A DNA stretch of 64,000 nt from Octopus sinensis (lineage: Eukaryota), in NCBI RefSeq assembly GCF_006345805.1, contig NC_043006.1:13888001-13952000 (forward strand). Reading direction: 5' to 3'. Shown here one piece after another: positions 14,069 to 26,750 of this stretch. Every line of letters starts with the position of its first letter. Positions within the stretch are counted from its first letter, which is position 1. The position numbers were made by a program, and so were the translations under genes. The notes beneath the pieces are model-generated. The model was not told the origin of the DNA. It saw nothing but the letters and a program-made list of their open reading frames with translations, and did no database searches.

Positions 14069-14532
14069 AAGCCAAGCAGAAATTGAAGTGGATGGTGAAT
14101 TTTATTCAACAAAAAATTTAAACAAAAAGCCAAGCAGAAATTGAAGTAGATGGTGAATATGCTCCGGAATAATTATTTAAAGATGTTTTTATTAAAGGTT
14201 GTTATTGTTTTTATTGAATAAAATTTATTGAAAAAAAGCTGCAGTAACTGTGCACCAACCTAATACAATATAATATGATTAATTCAAAACAATATGAATA
14301 AATAAGCATTACATTTTACTGAGTAATATCAATACTAAAGGGCTAACTCTTGTTTTGACTATGAGTTTAAGGAACAGGTTAAAACGAATGATCAAACGCT
14401 CTTCGCTATTTAGTCTTGATCATTTTCTTTCTCATTTCAATTCATTTAGTGGTAATAAAAAATACCAATAATGTGCTGGCATCCACGCGTTACGCTTACC
14501 TCAGGTTGCGGGGTTTCATGCTTACGGAAATT
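14069..14532. repeat. Inverted duplicate of about 26483-26945
   Basis: Essentially identical reverse complement, including non-SINE flank and one mariner-type TIR. Confidence 0.92.
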
Positions 14533-14534
14533 GT

Positions 14535-14547
14535 AAGAAGCCTGTCG

Positions 14548-14624
<77 letters not shown>

Positions 14625-14850
14625 ATGTTTGTGTGTCTGCGTTTGTCCCCCTAGCATTGCTTGACAACTGATGCTGGTGTGTTTATGTCCCCGTCACTTA
14701 GCGGTTCGGCAAAAGAGACCGATAGAATAAATACTGGGCTTACAAAAGAATAAGTCCCGGGGTCGAGTTGCTCGATTAAAGGCGGTGCTCCAGCATGGCC
14801 GCAGTCAAAATGACTGAAACAAGTAAAAAGGAAAAAAGAAGAAAAAAAAG
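14535..14850 (+). mobile_element. SINE family A, 3' half
   Basis: Begins abruptly at AAGAAGCCTGTCG, (GT)n, full tail. Confidence 0.88.
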
Positions 14851-14859
14851 AATATGTAT

Positions 14860-15268
14860 ACTCTTTACTCTTTACTCTTTTACTTGTTTCAGTCATTTGA
14901 CTGCGGCCATGCTGGAGCACCGCCTTTAGTCGAGCAACTCGACCCCGGGACTTATTCTTTGTAAGCCTAGTACTTATTCTATCGGTCTCTTTTGCCGAAC
15001 CGCTAAGTAACGGGGACATAAACACACCAGCATCGGTTGTCAAGCAATGCTAGGGGGACAAACACAGACACACAAACACACACACGCATATATATACATA
15101 TATACGACGGGCTTCTTTCAGTTTCCGTCTACCAAATCCACTCACAAGGCATTGGTCGGCCCGAGGCTATAGTAGAAGACACTTACCGAAGGTGCCACGC
15201 AGTGGGACTGAACCCGGAACCATGTGGTTGGTAAACAAGCTACTTACCACACAGCCACTCCTGCGCCT
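14860..15268 (-). mobile_element. SINE family A, tail-to-tail with previous copy
   Basis: Reverse complement of consensus, ends CCACTCCTGCGCCT. Confidence 0.9.
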
Positions 15269-15819
15269 ATATACTTTGAAAAAAAAAGCATGAAGAAATA
15301 ATTGGGGATACGTTTTAACCTAAACAAGGTAACCTCGTAAATCGCATCTTTCTTCCTTTTCTACTTACGGGTGAGTGTAGCTACAGTGAAGCAGCACCTC
15401 CCTCTGTAGCTGAAGCAATCTAGACGTTGCCAGATACTCATTTTTCAAAATTACACTTATTAGTTATATTGTTATAGCTTATTTAGATATAGCAAATTAA
15501 TAGTAATAATGAAAGAGGAGAGTCAGATTCGGGTATAATGGTAAAATGTCATGATCGATTTTGTAAAGAGACTGAACGTCATAGGATGATTTCTTTGTAA
15601 TTTTTGAAATCAGCAGGTAAAAATTGATCAGTTTCACCCAATAAATATGAAACAGTATTTTGGTCGCAGACTGATGTTATTCTACATTCATATTAAAGGT
15701 CATTAAATAATTAACTTTTTCCTCTTGTGCTGATTGACTTTGCTTCATAAATGTCAAGCGATAAATCCTTCTGAATCCTTACACACATCCACACAGTATA
15801 TATGCATATATATACATAC

Positions 15820-15850
<31 letters not shown>

Positions 15851-16785
15851 CGTATGTATGTGTGTTCTCTTCTGTCTGCATTTGTTTCAGTCTTCCTCTG
15901 AGGAAGGAACTGGTTTCTGACAAAGATACAAAGCTTCGTAGTTCGAATGTAAGCAACAAAGAAATTCACATTTAAAACTTGTGAAAAGTCTTGCATGTTT
16001 TTACTGTTCCACTTATAGATTGTATTTGTAATACGCCGGTTAGCTGCAGTGGGCGTTGGGTCTCAAAAACCCTTAGCTATCCAGATTATCACTAAGGCAT
16101 TTACTCACAGAACCAAGTGCACCAATTACTATTGGTATAAATGTGAATTTATAATCTGAATATAGTGGTTTGAAGTCTCAAAACTTTTGTCCATATTGTC
16201 CTGTATCTCTTTCATTTCCAGAGATGTTCACATCGGCAGGACAGCTAATATCTATGACGATACATACTTTTTATTTTTCACAAACAACAATATAAGGTCT
16301 GTTATGATAGATGTTTTCATGAAAATGTTCCTCTAATATATCTTGCGTAGGTGTTTGTGTATTATTCAATAACAGAGCGATTCTCTGTATCTGTTCCAAG
16401 ACAGTCTTTCTTTTTCTTTATTGAACTGCATTGTAAATTGTTTTTCTGCGACAACGGTCGCTTAGGAAGATGACATTTTTGGGCAGCTGCTAATTATACG
16501 CGTGATATCTTCCAGAAACATGACATAATCTACATTGTCGGTTGCATCTTGGATCCCCATAGGCGTCGCTGCTTCTTTTGTTTATTAGGTATTTCGTATA
16601 AATCTCCCGTTCTTGAATTGCAAATGGATAGCCGTCGACATGTGAGATGATGTAGCGGCCAAGAGAAAGTGCGCTTCGTGTCGATATTAATTCTTCGAGT
16701 CTTCAGGAAACGTACGCCTGCATCATAATTGTTTTGTATACTGAGCGTTTCACATCCAGGTCTTCTTTAAAGTATAAAGTATATA

Positions 16786-17180
16786 AGGCGCAGGAGTGGC
16801 TGTGTGGTAAGTAGCTTGCTAAGCAACCACATGGTTCCGGGTTCAGTCCCACTGCGTAGCATCTTAGGCAAGTGTCTTCTGCTATAGCCCCGGGCCGACC
16901 AATGCCTTGTGAGTGGATTTGGTAGACGGAAACTGAAAGAAGCCTATCGTATCTATGTATATATATATGTGTGTGTGTGTGTGTTTGTCCCCCTAGCATT
17001 GCTTGAGAACCGATGCTGGTGTGTTTACGTCCCCGTCACTTAGCGGTTCGGCAAAAGAGACTGATAGAATAAGTACTGGGCTTACAAAGAATAAGTCCTT
17101 GGGTCGATTTGCTCGACTAAAGGCGGTGCTCCAGCATGGCCGCAGTCAAATGACTGAAACAAATAAAAGAGAAAAGAGAG
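16786..17180 (+). mobile_element. SINE family A
   Basis: Full-length copy. Confidence 0.9.
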
Positions 17181-17467
17181 AGTCAGGAGCTCACTGCCCG
17201 AAACGAAGGACGTTGGTTTCTGCTTTTCAATACTACGTTTATGCAATTATTTTTGCTCCCATTGTTTAACATCTGCTGTCTGAGAGAGGCAAAACGACAT
17301 TCGAAGGATGTCCACACTGTCTCCTTCATCTCTTCTTAGGTAGACTGGCAGAATTGGAATTGTTCTTCAACTAAACCCTTCAAAGTGGTGCCCCAATCCA
17401 ATGTCTGAGACTTTCAAAAGATACATACATATACGCATACATGCATATATATATATATATATATATA

Positions 17468-17851
17468 GTGGAGGCGCAATGGCCCAGTGGTTAGGGCAGC
17501 GGACACGCGGTCATAGGATCGCGGTTTCCATTCCCAGACCGGGCGTTGTGAGTGTTTATTGAGCGAAAACACCTAAAGCTCTACGAGGCTCCGGCAGGGG
17601 ATGGTGGTGATCCCTGCTGTACTCTTTCACCACAACTTTCTCTCACTCTTACTTCCTGTTTCTGTTGTACCTGTATTTCAAAGGGCCGGCCTTGTCACTC
17701 TCTGTGTCACGCTGAATATCCCCGAGAACTACGTTAAGGGTACACGTGTCTGTGGAGTGCTCAGCCACTTACACGTTAATTTCACGAGCAGGCTGTTCTG
17801 TTGATCGGATCAACCGGAACCCTCGTCGTCGTAACCGACGGAGTGCTTCCA
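17468..17851 (+). mobile_element. SINE family B
   Basis: GTGGAGGCGCAATGGCCCAGTGGTTAGGG tRNA-like head; tail GTAACCGACGGAGTGCTTCCA; other copies at 23169, 58077, 63866. Confidence 0.88.
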
Positions 17852-17965
17852 TATATATATATATATATATTACATACATATATATACATATATATATATA
17901 CACATACATGCATATACATACATACATACATATATAATATATATATACATACATATATATAATAC

Positions 17966-17998
<33 letters not shown>

Positions 17999-18051
17999 AT
18001 ATATATATATATACATACATATTATATATATACATACATATATATATATAC

Positions 18052-18082
<31 letters not shown>

Positions 18083-18132
18083 CATACATATATACATACA
18101 TATATATATACATACATATATATACATATATA

Positions 18133-18840
18133 TATCTATAAAATAATATGTTACAATTACTCAATTGTCAAGATAAAACTCTGAGTTTCAGATGCCGAAG
18201 TGGAAATCCACAACACCATCTCTTCGGTTATCTGGCTATCTGAAAAAACGCTATGAAAAAATACCGTTATATAAAGGGAAATTACTGTGTTATAATTCTG
18301 CTACTCATATAATAATAAGATTAAAAGTTCATAGTAAACACGTAAACATGGCTAGTCATACGCTCACATGTTCGCTCGCGGACCCACGTGCGTACTTATA
18401 CGTCACTATGAAAACGTACACATCTTCACTCACATTTTTCGCCAAATATATACGCATATATATACAAACTCACACACACGTACCGTAAAAGTTCATACAT
18501 ACGTCTATATATGCACAAGCACAAGAAAAACCATGGTTAAAGGTAACAGAAAAAAAACATAAGGAAGTATACAAAGCATAAAAACCATGTTCATATACGG
18601 ACATGCCCTTATGCACTCATACACACACACGCCCATATATGTACATACCCGCACATGTTTATATACGCATACATACACACGTATATACGAAAAATGAATA
18701 TACATATGCCCCCCCCCCAAAAAAAAAAACCCTAACAAAACGAAAAAATAGAGATGGTGTTGTGGATTTCCACTTCGGCATCTGAAACTCAGAGTTTTAT
18801 CTTGACTATTGAGTAAATGTAACATATTATTTTATAGATA
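18133..18840. repeat. Inverted repeats (91-bp arms) enclosing about 525 bp
   Basis: 18133-18223 versus 18750-18840, near-perfect reverse complement. Confidence 0.9.
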
Positions 18841-19157
18841 AATTTCCTCTATTTACATAATATTGAGGTCTCTTTCTTTCTTTTGTTATCTTACCGTTTT
18901 TACCAATATACATATATATATACATACATATATATATATATATATACATATATATATACATATATATACATGCATATATATATATACACATATATATATA
19001 TATATACATACATACATATATATATACATACATACATATATATATATATATATGTATATATATAGGGAGAGTTTACGAAAAAAAAACAAAAGACGAAGAC
19101 AGGTGGTGTACAAAACAAACAGATGTATTAGTATGACGCTCAGGAATAGAAAAGTAT

Positions 19158-19190
19158 TTTACGTTTCGAGCCAACGCTCTTCTACAGAAA
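19158..19190 (-). ncRNA. Minimal hammerhead-like motif with A6U core variant
   Basis: Minus strand TTT-CTGTAGA-A-GAGC GTTG GCTC-GAAA-CGT-A-AAA. Confidence 0.55.
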
Positions 19191-19317
19191 GGGACACAGA
19201 AAAAATAAGGAGAGAAACAAGGAGAGAAAAATATGTGTAGTGGCTAACGATCTATCATGGCGTATATATATATATATACGTAATGTATATTTTTTTAAAT
19301 CTTTTTATTTTATTTTC

Positions 19318-19360
19318 TCTAGTTTCAGCTCACGAGCCGTGGCCATACTGGGGCACCACC
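19318..19360 (-). mobile_element. Isolated CR1-type 3' tail (extremely 5'-truncated retrocopy)
   Basis: Minus strand GGTGCCCCAGTATGGCCACGGCTCGTGAGCTGAAACTAG, like LINE end at 56279-56320. Confidence 0.65.
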
Positions 19361-19384
19361 ATTCATATATACGACCTCGTGTGT

Positions 19385-19570
19385 ACCGTTGACGATTTCT
19401 TTTCCTCTGTCTTCCCTTCTCTGGATCTTTCCTTCTCCTATGTTTCCGACGAAGAGTTCCGCTCGAAACGTTAAACCCTCCTTCTTTCCTTCTTTCCTGA
19501 GCGTCCAATAATACTATATTTGTTCCACGTCCTCGCGTTGTTGTGTTTCTTTGTGCTTTCTTGTTTGGAT

Positions 19571-19575
<5 letters not shown>
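19385..19575 (+). mobile_element. Penelope pLTR-like segment immediately 5' of the ORF
   Basis: Homologous to 12306-12475; carries hammerhead-like motif. Confidence 0.75.
19442..19476 (+). ncRNA. Minimal type I hammerhead-like motif (U4C)
   Basis: GTTT-CCGACGA-A-GAGT TCC GCTC-GAAA-CGT-T-AAAC. Confidence 0.6.
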
Positions 19576-19617
<42 letters not shown>

Positions 19618-21317
19618 CCAGTTTCAATACTGAAGATGAATCACTAGTCAAGAACAAAAGTGAACACATCCCACACAGAGGAAGAAATAAAGATCTTGAC
19701 GAATTCTGTAACCACATTGAGAACTTCCCCTACCATACTATACATAAACAGAAAGCTAACCCAAATTTTAACACTACACAATGGAAAGAACTGATAGAAC
19801 TTCAAAATGATGAGGATATAACCATTAAGGAAGCAGACAAGGGAAATGCAGTTGTAATAATGGATACATCATACTACAGAAATCTTGTAATTTCCTTGCT
19901 TTATGACGACCTACATTATGAAAAAATTACCAACTACACCCCACAAAAAATAATGAAAACTCTATCTTCACTAATTAAAACCCATGAAAAGGAACTAACA
20001 ACCAAAGAGATTGATTTCCTAACAAACTTCAAATGCAAACCTAGCCTTTTCTATGGTCTGCCAAAAATTCATAAAAGTCAAATTATAAATGAAACCATTA
20101 AAAAATCACCAAAGACATACATACACACACCCAACCCGGGGGACCTAAAACTACGACCCATTGTAGCTGGCCCAACCTGTGAAACACACAGACTAAGTCT
20201 GCTTATGGACATCCTCCTGAAACCCTTCCTTAAACATATCGATAGCCATATCAGAGATGATTTAGATATGTTAAACCACCTCCCAAAAAAAGCCAAGGAA
20301 GAAACAATCCTTGTTTCATTTGATGTAGTCAACTTGTATACCAATATACCTCATAATTATGGACTGGAAGCAATTCAGTTCTGGTTAGACCAATTTCCGG
20401 AAGAAATACCAAAAAGGATCAGTAAAGAATTCATTACTAAATCAATTGAATTCATCCTACACAATAACCACTTCATGTTTGACAATACATTTTACCGTCA
20501 AAAATCCGGAATTGCTATGGGTACAAGGGCAGCACCAGTCATTGCGAACTTAACAATGGGATACATGGAAATAACCATTTACCAGGAATCCTTATCAATC
20601 TTTGGAAACCCCCTCTCTCAATACATAAAAGAGAACTGGAAACGATTCTTGGACGATTGTTTTATTCTCTGGAATGAAAACACAGATAAACTCTTAAAAT
20701 TTAAAAACCTATTGAACAGCATAAACCCAAATATACAGTTCACAATGGAATACAACCAAAAGGAACTCCCGTTCTTGGATATACTAATTAAAAAAATTAA
20801 CCTTAAAATAGAAACAGACATTTTCTACAAAGCCACAGACGCCAAACAATACCTTCTTTTTAGTTCATGCCACCCAAGACACACTAAAACAAACATCCCC
20901 TTCAACCTTGCAAGAAGGATATGCACAATAGTGTCAGAACAAAATACCAGGAACTTCAGACTGCAAGAACTCAAAAACACCTTAATTGACAGACATTACC
21001 CAACTCAACTCATAGAGGATGGGATCAGACGTTCAACAGAAATCAACATAGAAACTTTAAGAAAAGTTCAACACAACAACACACCTTCCCCAAAAATACT
21101 ACCTTACATATCTACATACAACCCCAGAAACAAAGAAGCTTTCACCATCATCACCCAGAATTTACCAATACTTCATAAAAACCCCAAATTAAAGGAAATT
21201 CTAAACATACACCAAATCATTAAAAGCTACAAACAGCCTAAATCACTTAAAAAGATTCTCACAAAGGCAAAATTGTCTTCTAAAATTACGGATACAAAAG
21301 TAAAAAAAATGTGGTAG
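19551..21317 (+). CDS. Penelope-like reverse transcriptase (N-terminus lost or fused to an (AT)n tract)
   Basis: 588-aa ORF with IKEADKGNAVV, FYGLPKIHK, LRPIVA, FDVVNLYTNIP, GIAMGT, RFLDDCF, LPFLDI, CHPRHTK. Confidence 0.95.
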
Positions 21318-21731
21318 ATCGAACTGTGCAACATGCCCTAACCTATTGGAAGGATCAGAATTCTTCTTTAAAGAGGGACAGAAATTCAAGATCAAATCTA
21401 ACTTTACTTGTGCCTCTGAAAACATAATTTATGTCATTAAATGCTCGGGCTGCCACCAAGACTACGTGGGGTCCACGGGACTATCACTCAGACGTAGATG
21501 CACACTGCATCGACAACAGATTGCATTCCCAGAATATAGAATGATACCTTTTAGTGAGCACATTGAGAAATGCGCAAAGCAACACAACCACAATTTTTAA
21601 TCTTTCCATTTTACCAATGTGCTTTCGGATCATCATCACAAATTAGACTAAATAAGGAAACATTCTTCATTGAAAAGTACAAACCCAGACTCAACTATCC
21701 GAACTCAATAATACAGAGAAATTCACACTAA
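21310..21731 (+). pseudogene. Cys linker plus GIY-YIG endonuclease of the same element (Neptune-like), frameshifted at two homopolymers
   Basis: CGRSNCATC, then NIIYVIKCSGCHQDYVGSTG..RCTLH; then PFYQC..KYKPRLN to TAA at 21729-21731. Confidence 0.88.
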
Positions 21732-23168
21732 GGGAAAAAAAATTTTTTAAGCGATTATCTCCCTTACACCGGAAGAAATCACTCACTACTTTCCCTTATT
21801 TAGAACTCTCCGTAGCAAAAACACAAGGATTACGTTATTAAAAATAAACATTAAGTCACAAGAAATTTGAAGAGCTAACTGCGAAACCGGTATTTCTTTT
21901 AAAAATTATAAAATTATGTCATTTTAAGGAGAAAAAAAATTTTCCAATATTCTCCAGACATTTTGACGCAAATATATATATTTTTTAACATTTAAGCCTT
22001 CTGTCGTTTTTTCACTCTTTACTATTTTCTTATATATTCACCCACGTGCTTTACCAAACAAACTTTCTTATCTATATATATACACATAATGAATTTCTGT
22101 TCATTTTTGTTTATAGTTCGGTATTGTATGTCATCTGAAAGTACCTTTTACTAAAGAATCCCTTAAGAATTATATGGAGGTTGAACGCAGCTGTCTGAAT
22201 CGATTCTGTGCGATGATGTGAAAAGCGTTGTGGTTTAATGATTTCAACGACGACGACGGCGGCGGTGGTGGTGAGGCTTAATTATTCTATATAATTTTCT
22301 ATTATTTGCTTTGTGGTTAATGTTGATCACATAGTTTTGAGCATTTCTCCCTTCTTTTTCTCTGATTAATTATGTTTATTATTTCCTTCTTCAGTTCTTT
22401 GACACGGATTTTCTTTTTATTATTGCGTGCTGTGTTTGTGCATTGGATTTAAGGTTGCCTCTAATTATTAATCAGATTATGTTGCTTTGTGGAGATATAT
22501 TTTTGAATTCATCTATAATTACTTTATTGAATCTATGTACAGCAGTGTTCATATTAGTGATTTTGATTTGGAATTCAACAACTTCTTCAGTTCGTTTCCT
22601 AATAGAAACTGTCTTCAGAGCATTTTTGGAAGTCATTAAAAGTGCTTTTTGTTTCCTTCATTAACGTGTGTGCACTCTACTGTGATAAAGGCTGTGTGGC
22701 CGAAGGTTTTGATCATATATTATGGTGACTGGGTTAATTATAGATGATATCTGGGGAACTGTTGTAGTAGTTGGTTTGGTGAGATATACTTGGCTTTGTG
22801 TAAGCTGCCTCTATTTTCGCTGTGCTATTATATCACCTCATGTTGTCTGTATTCTCTGAAAACCAAGATGTGTTACGCTCATTAAATTTTCTAGCAATCA
22901 TATTGTTATGCTATGATATAATAATACTTGGGTGTGTAACTAAGTGATATAGTGAATGAGGTGCACGGTTTATACGATTTTGGGATCCACTCTTTTGCTA
23001 TATAGTCTTTCATGTGTAATTTAGGAGCTTGATAAGTTTTGCTCTAAACATCATGTCCTGAACTAACATGATATAAATATTGTATATGATGATAACATTT
23101 TTGTTACGTAAAGGGTGTTTCAGATACCTTGACATTCTAGCATTTTAAATTTTTTCCAAGTCTTATGG

Positions 23169-23553
23169 TGGAAGCACTCCGTTGGTTACGACGACAAAGG
23201 TTCCGGTTGATCCGAATCAACGGAACAGCCAACTCGTGAAATTAACGTGTATGTGGCTGAGCACTCCACAGACTCGTGTACCCTTAACGTAGTTCTCGGG
23301 GATATTCAGCGTGACACAGAGAGTGACAAGGCCGGCCCTTTGAAATACAGGTACAACAGAAACAGGAAGTAAGAGTGAGAGAAAGTTGTGGTGAAAGACT
23401 ACAGCAGGGATCACCACCACCCCCTGCCGGAGCTTCGTGGAGCTTTAGGTGTTTACACTCAATAAACACTCACAACGCCCGGTCTGGGAATCGAAACCGC
23501 GATCCTATGACCGCGAGTCCACTGCCCTAACCACTGGGCCATTGCGCCTCCAC
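23169..23553 (-). mobile_element. SINE family B with 10-bp TSD
   Basis: Reverse complement of 17468-17851; CAAGTCTTAT at 23157-23166 and 23555-23564. Confidence 0.92.
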
Positions 23554-23839
23554 TCAAGTCTTATAATATGTGTGTGAAGTGTTGGGCTTTTGCAAATGTA
23601 TTCTAAATGGAACTATAATGTTGAGAAATGCGAAAATCTTATAGCTCTGCATGTTTTTCAAAAGGCATACGTTAGGGAATTAATGAAAATCGTAATATCC
23701 TAAGAGTAAGTTCTTACTACAGAAGGTACTGACTACTGAGTGAGGGGTGGTAGTGGAATGAGCGTTAGTAGGAGTGTGAGGGTGAGAAATTACTATCTTA
23801 TTGTTCTTTATATCCAACATCAACTTGAGGAGTGAGGAA

Positions 23840-25750
23840 CTTATCCAAAATTGTTTGCTGCTTTTGATGCATCATTTCTTTGTAGTTTTGTATAGGAACT
23901 GAGTTCATTGTAAACTCCTCCTCTTGCAACTTTTATGCTACGTTCATGATTTGGATCATTATCAGCAGAATCCTGCATACCTACCTTTATAAATGCCAAC
24001 CCTTCAGCAATAATTTTTGTAGCCAGTTTAAGTGGCTCATCTGTTTTCACAGCTTGGCTTTTTCTAAAAGCATCAGTTCATTGTCAGATAAACTTTCTCT
24101 CTGGGACACTAGCAATTCAATTGCATCATCCTCTATGATTTCTTCAAGTCCTACATCTTTTGCAAGAGTCACAATATCTCTCCGAATTTGGTGTAGACTT
24201 TCTACTTGAGGAAGACTTCTAATATCACGTATATAGCCTGGCCGTATACTTTTTCAAGCATTATTCAAAGATCATGCCATTACACATCTGTATTATCCTA
24301 TTATCAATAGTGTCCATTACTTTGTATTTCTTCCAGATATCTCTAGATGTATGTTTATCCTCCCTGACAATCGCTTTCATAAGTTGTTTGAAATTTCTTC
24401 TCATATAATACGCCTTGAAGTCAGTTATCACACCTTGATCCTTTGGACGGAAAAGAAGTTGTATTCTTGGGAATATATCCTATTCTCACATTATTAGAAA
24501 GACCATCAAGGTTCGCTGGGTGGCTCCGTAAATCGTCTACAAGAAGCAACACATTGTCGGAAATATTGTATCTAGCATTATACTCTTCTATGGCAGGACA
24601 AAGTAATAAGGCACCCGTCGGTTACGATAACGTGCTCCTGGTGATTCGATCAACGGAACAGCCGGCTCTTGAAATTAACGTGCAAGTGACTGAGCACTCC
24701 ACAGACACGCATACCTCTAACGTAGTTCTCGGGAAGATTCAGCGTGACACATCGAATTTGACGAGGCTTATCCTCTGAATTACGGGTACAACTCATTTTT
24801 TGCCAGCTGTGTGGACCGGAGCAACGTGAAATAGCGTGTCTTGCTCAACGACATAACGCGCCGCAGGGAATCGAACTCGCCACTTTACAATCGTGAGCCG
24901 AATGCCCTAACCTCAAAGCCACACGGCAGGATATAAAATGTATGTAAACCACTCTCTGAAAAGGCTTTTAGTCATCCATGCCTTCTTATTTAGACGCCAA
25001 ATCAGAGGTAGATTAAATTTTATGTAATGTTTGAAAGCCCTTGGAATGTTGAAATGATGCACATGTACCGGTTTTAATTTCATATTATCAGCAGCATTTC
25101 CTCCCCCAAAAATTGGCAAACGATTTTTAGAAGCTTTAAATCCTTGTGCTAATTCCTCTACTTGAGAAATAACAGTTCTAGCAGGCATACTCTTCCAGAA
25201 AATACAGTTTCATCAACATTGTATATTTGCTCTAGTGTGTACCAGGATAATTAGTAGCAGTTATTGTATTAACACTTGCAGTTTCACCAATCATTTTTAT
25301 GTTCTGAAAATTTATACGCTTCTTAAATCCTTCAAACTAGCCTTTACTAGCCAAAAAGAGTTTTTCATAAGCAGTTTCAACTTGCTTTTTCTATAAATCG
25401 CCATATAAACTCTTGAATTTTCTTTTTGTTTTTTAATTACATAATGTTTATCAGCCCATTACGCCGATTCTGATCCCAAATTTATACTCATGGATCATTC
25501 CATTTTAAGCATTGTATTAGACGTATGATAAAATAAGGTCCGGGCAATTAACGGAGAAGCTTCTTAAGCACTTGTAATTCTCTCTTTGCTGAAATGTATT
25601 GTTCCCGCTGTAGACGTTGCAAGGCGTAATGCTTTGGCAAAATCTTTTTGAAGCATCAAGTTTAATATCCTGTTTAATCCCTCTATGATTACATTTTGCA
25701 CTACTGCCTTCACTTTTACGTGATAGCTTCTTCCCGGACATTTTAAATTG
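23840..25750 (-). mobile_element. Degenerate Tigger/pogo transposase interrupted by a SINE
   Basis: MSGKKLSRK N-terminus, GFKASKNRL..GGNAADNMKLKP..WRLNKKAWMTKSLFREWF (DDE_1-type), C-terminal DNDPNHERSIKV. Confidence 0.85.
24612..24930 (-). mobile_element. Chimeric SINE: family C-like head, family B-like tail
   Basis: 24790-24930 resembles the family C 5' half; 24612-24750 resembles the family B 3' part. Confidence 0.75.
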
Positions 25751-26000
25751 AAGCCAAATCCAACAGTAGCAACAAATATGTAGTATACAAAATTGGCCCA
25801 GGAAAGATCTGATTGTGGTGAGCGGAAAATTGTCTCATTAGTGCAATAATGAAAATGAGGTGAAAAGGTGAGTGACTGAGGAAGAGAAAGTACTTATATG
25901 ATTACAGTTAGCTGAAAGTTCATCAGATTTTATAGATAGGGCATTGAACTAAGAAGGAAGTGTTTGTTTTAAAGAGGATTTTTAACAATTTAATCAATGA

Positions 26001-26410
26001 GGGAGGCGTGGCTGTGTGGTAAGGAACTTGCCTCCTAACAACATAATTCCGGGTTCACTCCTACTGCGTGGCACCTTGGGCAAATGTCTTTTACTATAGT
26101 TTCGGGCCGATCAAAGCCTAGTGAGTGGATTTGAGTGGATGTGAGTGGAAACTCAAAGAAGCCCGTCGAGTGGATATATATGTATATATCTATGTGCATG
26201 TGTCTTTATGTCTGTGTTTTCCCCCCACCATCACTTAATAATCAGTGTTGGAGTGTTCACGTCTACGTAACTTAGCAGTTCGATAAAAGAGCCCGATAGA
26301 TTAAGTACTAGGCAGAAAAAAATAAGTCCTGGGATCGATTTGTTCGACTAAAACCCTTCAACACGGTGTCCCAATATGGCCGAAGTCAGGTGACAAACAT
26401 GTAAAAGAAA
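26001..26410 (+). mobile_element. Diverged SINE family A
   Basis: GTGGCTGTGTGGTAAG..GCACCTTGGGCAAATG..degenerate tail. Confidence 0.8.
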
Positions 26411-26750
26411 GGAAAACATTACATACGAGTGTCCGTAAGAGCGAAATTATAGACTGTATCTTGAAATTAATGATCATACTTAATTTCCGTAAGCATGAAA
26501 CCCCGCAACCTGAGGTAAGCGTAACGCGTGGATGCCAGCACATTATTGGTATTTTTTATTACCACTAAATGAATTGAAATGAGAAAGAAAATGATCAAGA
26601 CTAAATAGCGAAGAGCGTTTGATCATTCGTTTTAACCTGTTCCTTAAACTCATAGTCAAAACAAGAGTTAGCCCTTTAGTATTGATATTACTCAGTAAAA
26701 TGTAATGCTTATTTATTCATATTGTTTTGAATTAATCATATTATATTGTA

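Noticed and set aside
22680-22712. Possible hammerhead relic (CTGTGATAAAGGCTGTGTGGCCGAAGG); similar weak motifs near 6515-6535 and 33075-33105
   Set aside because: Core too degenerate to support
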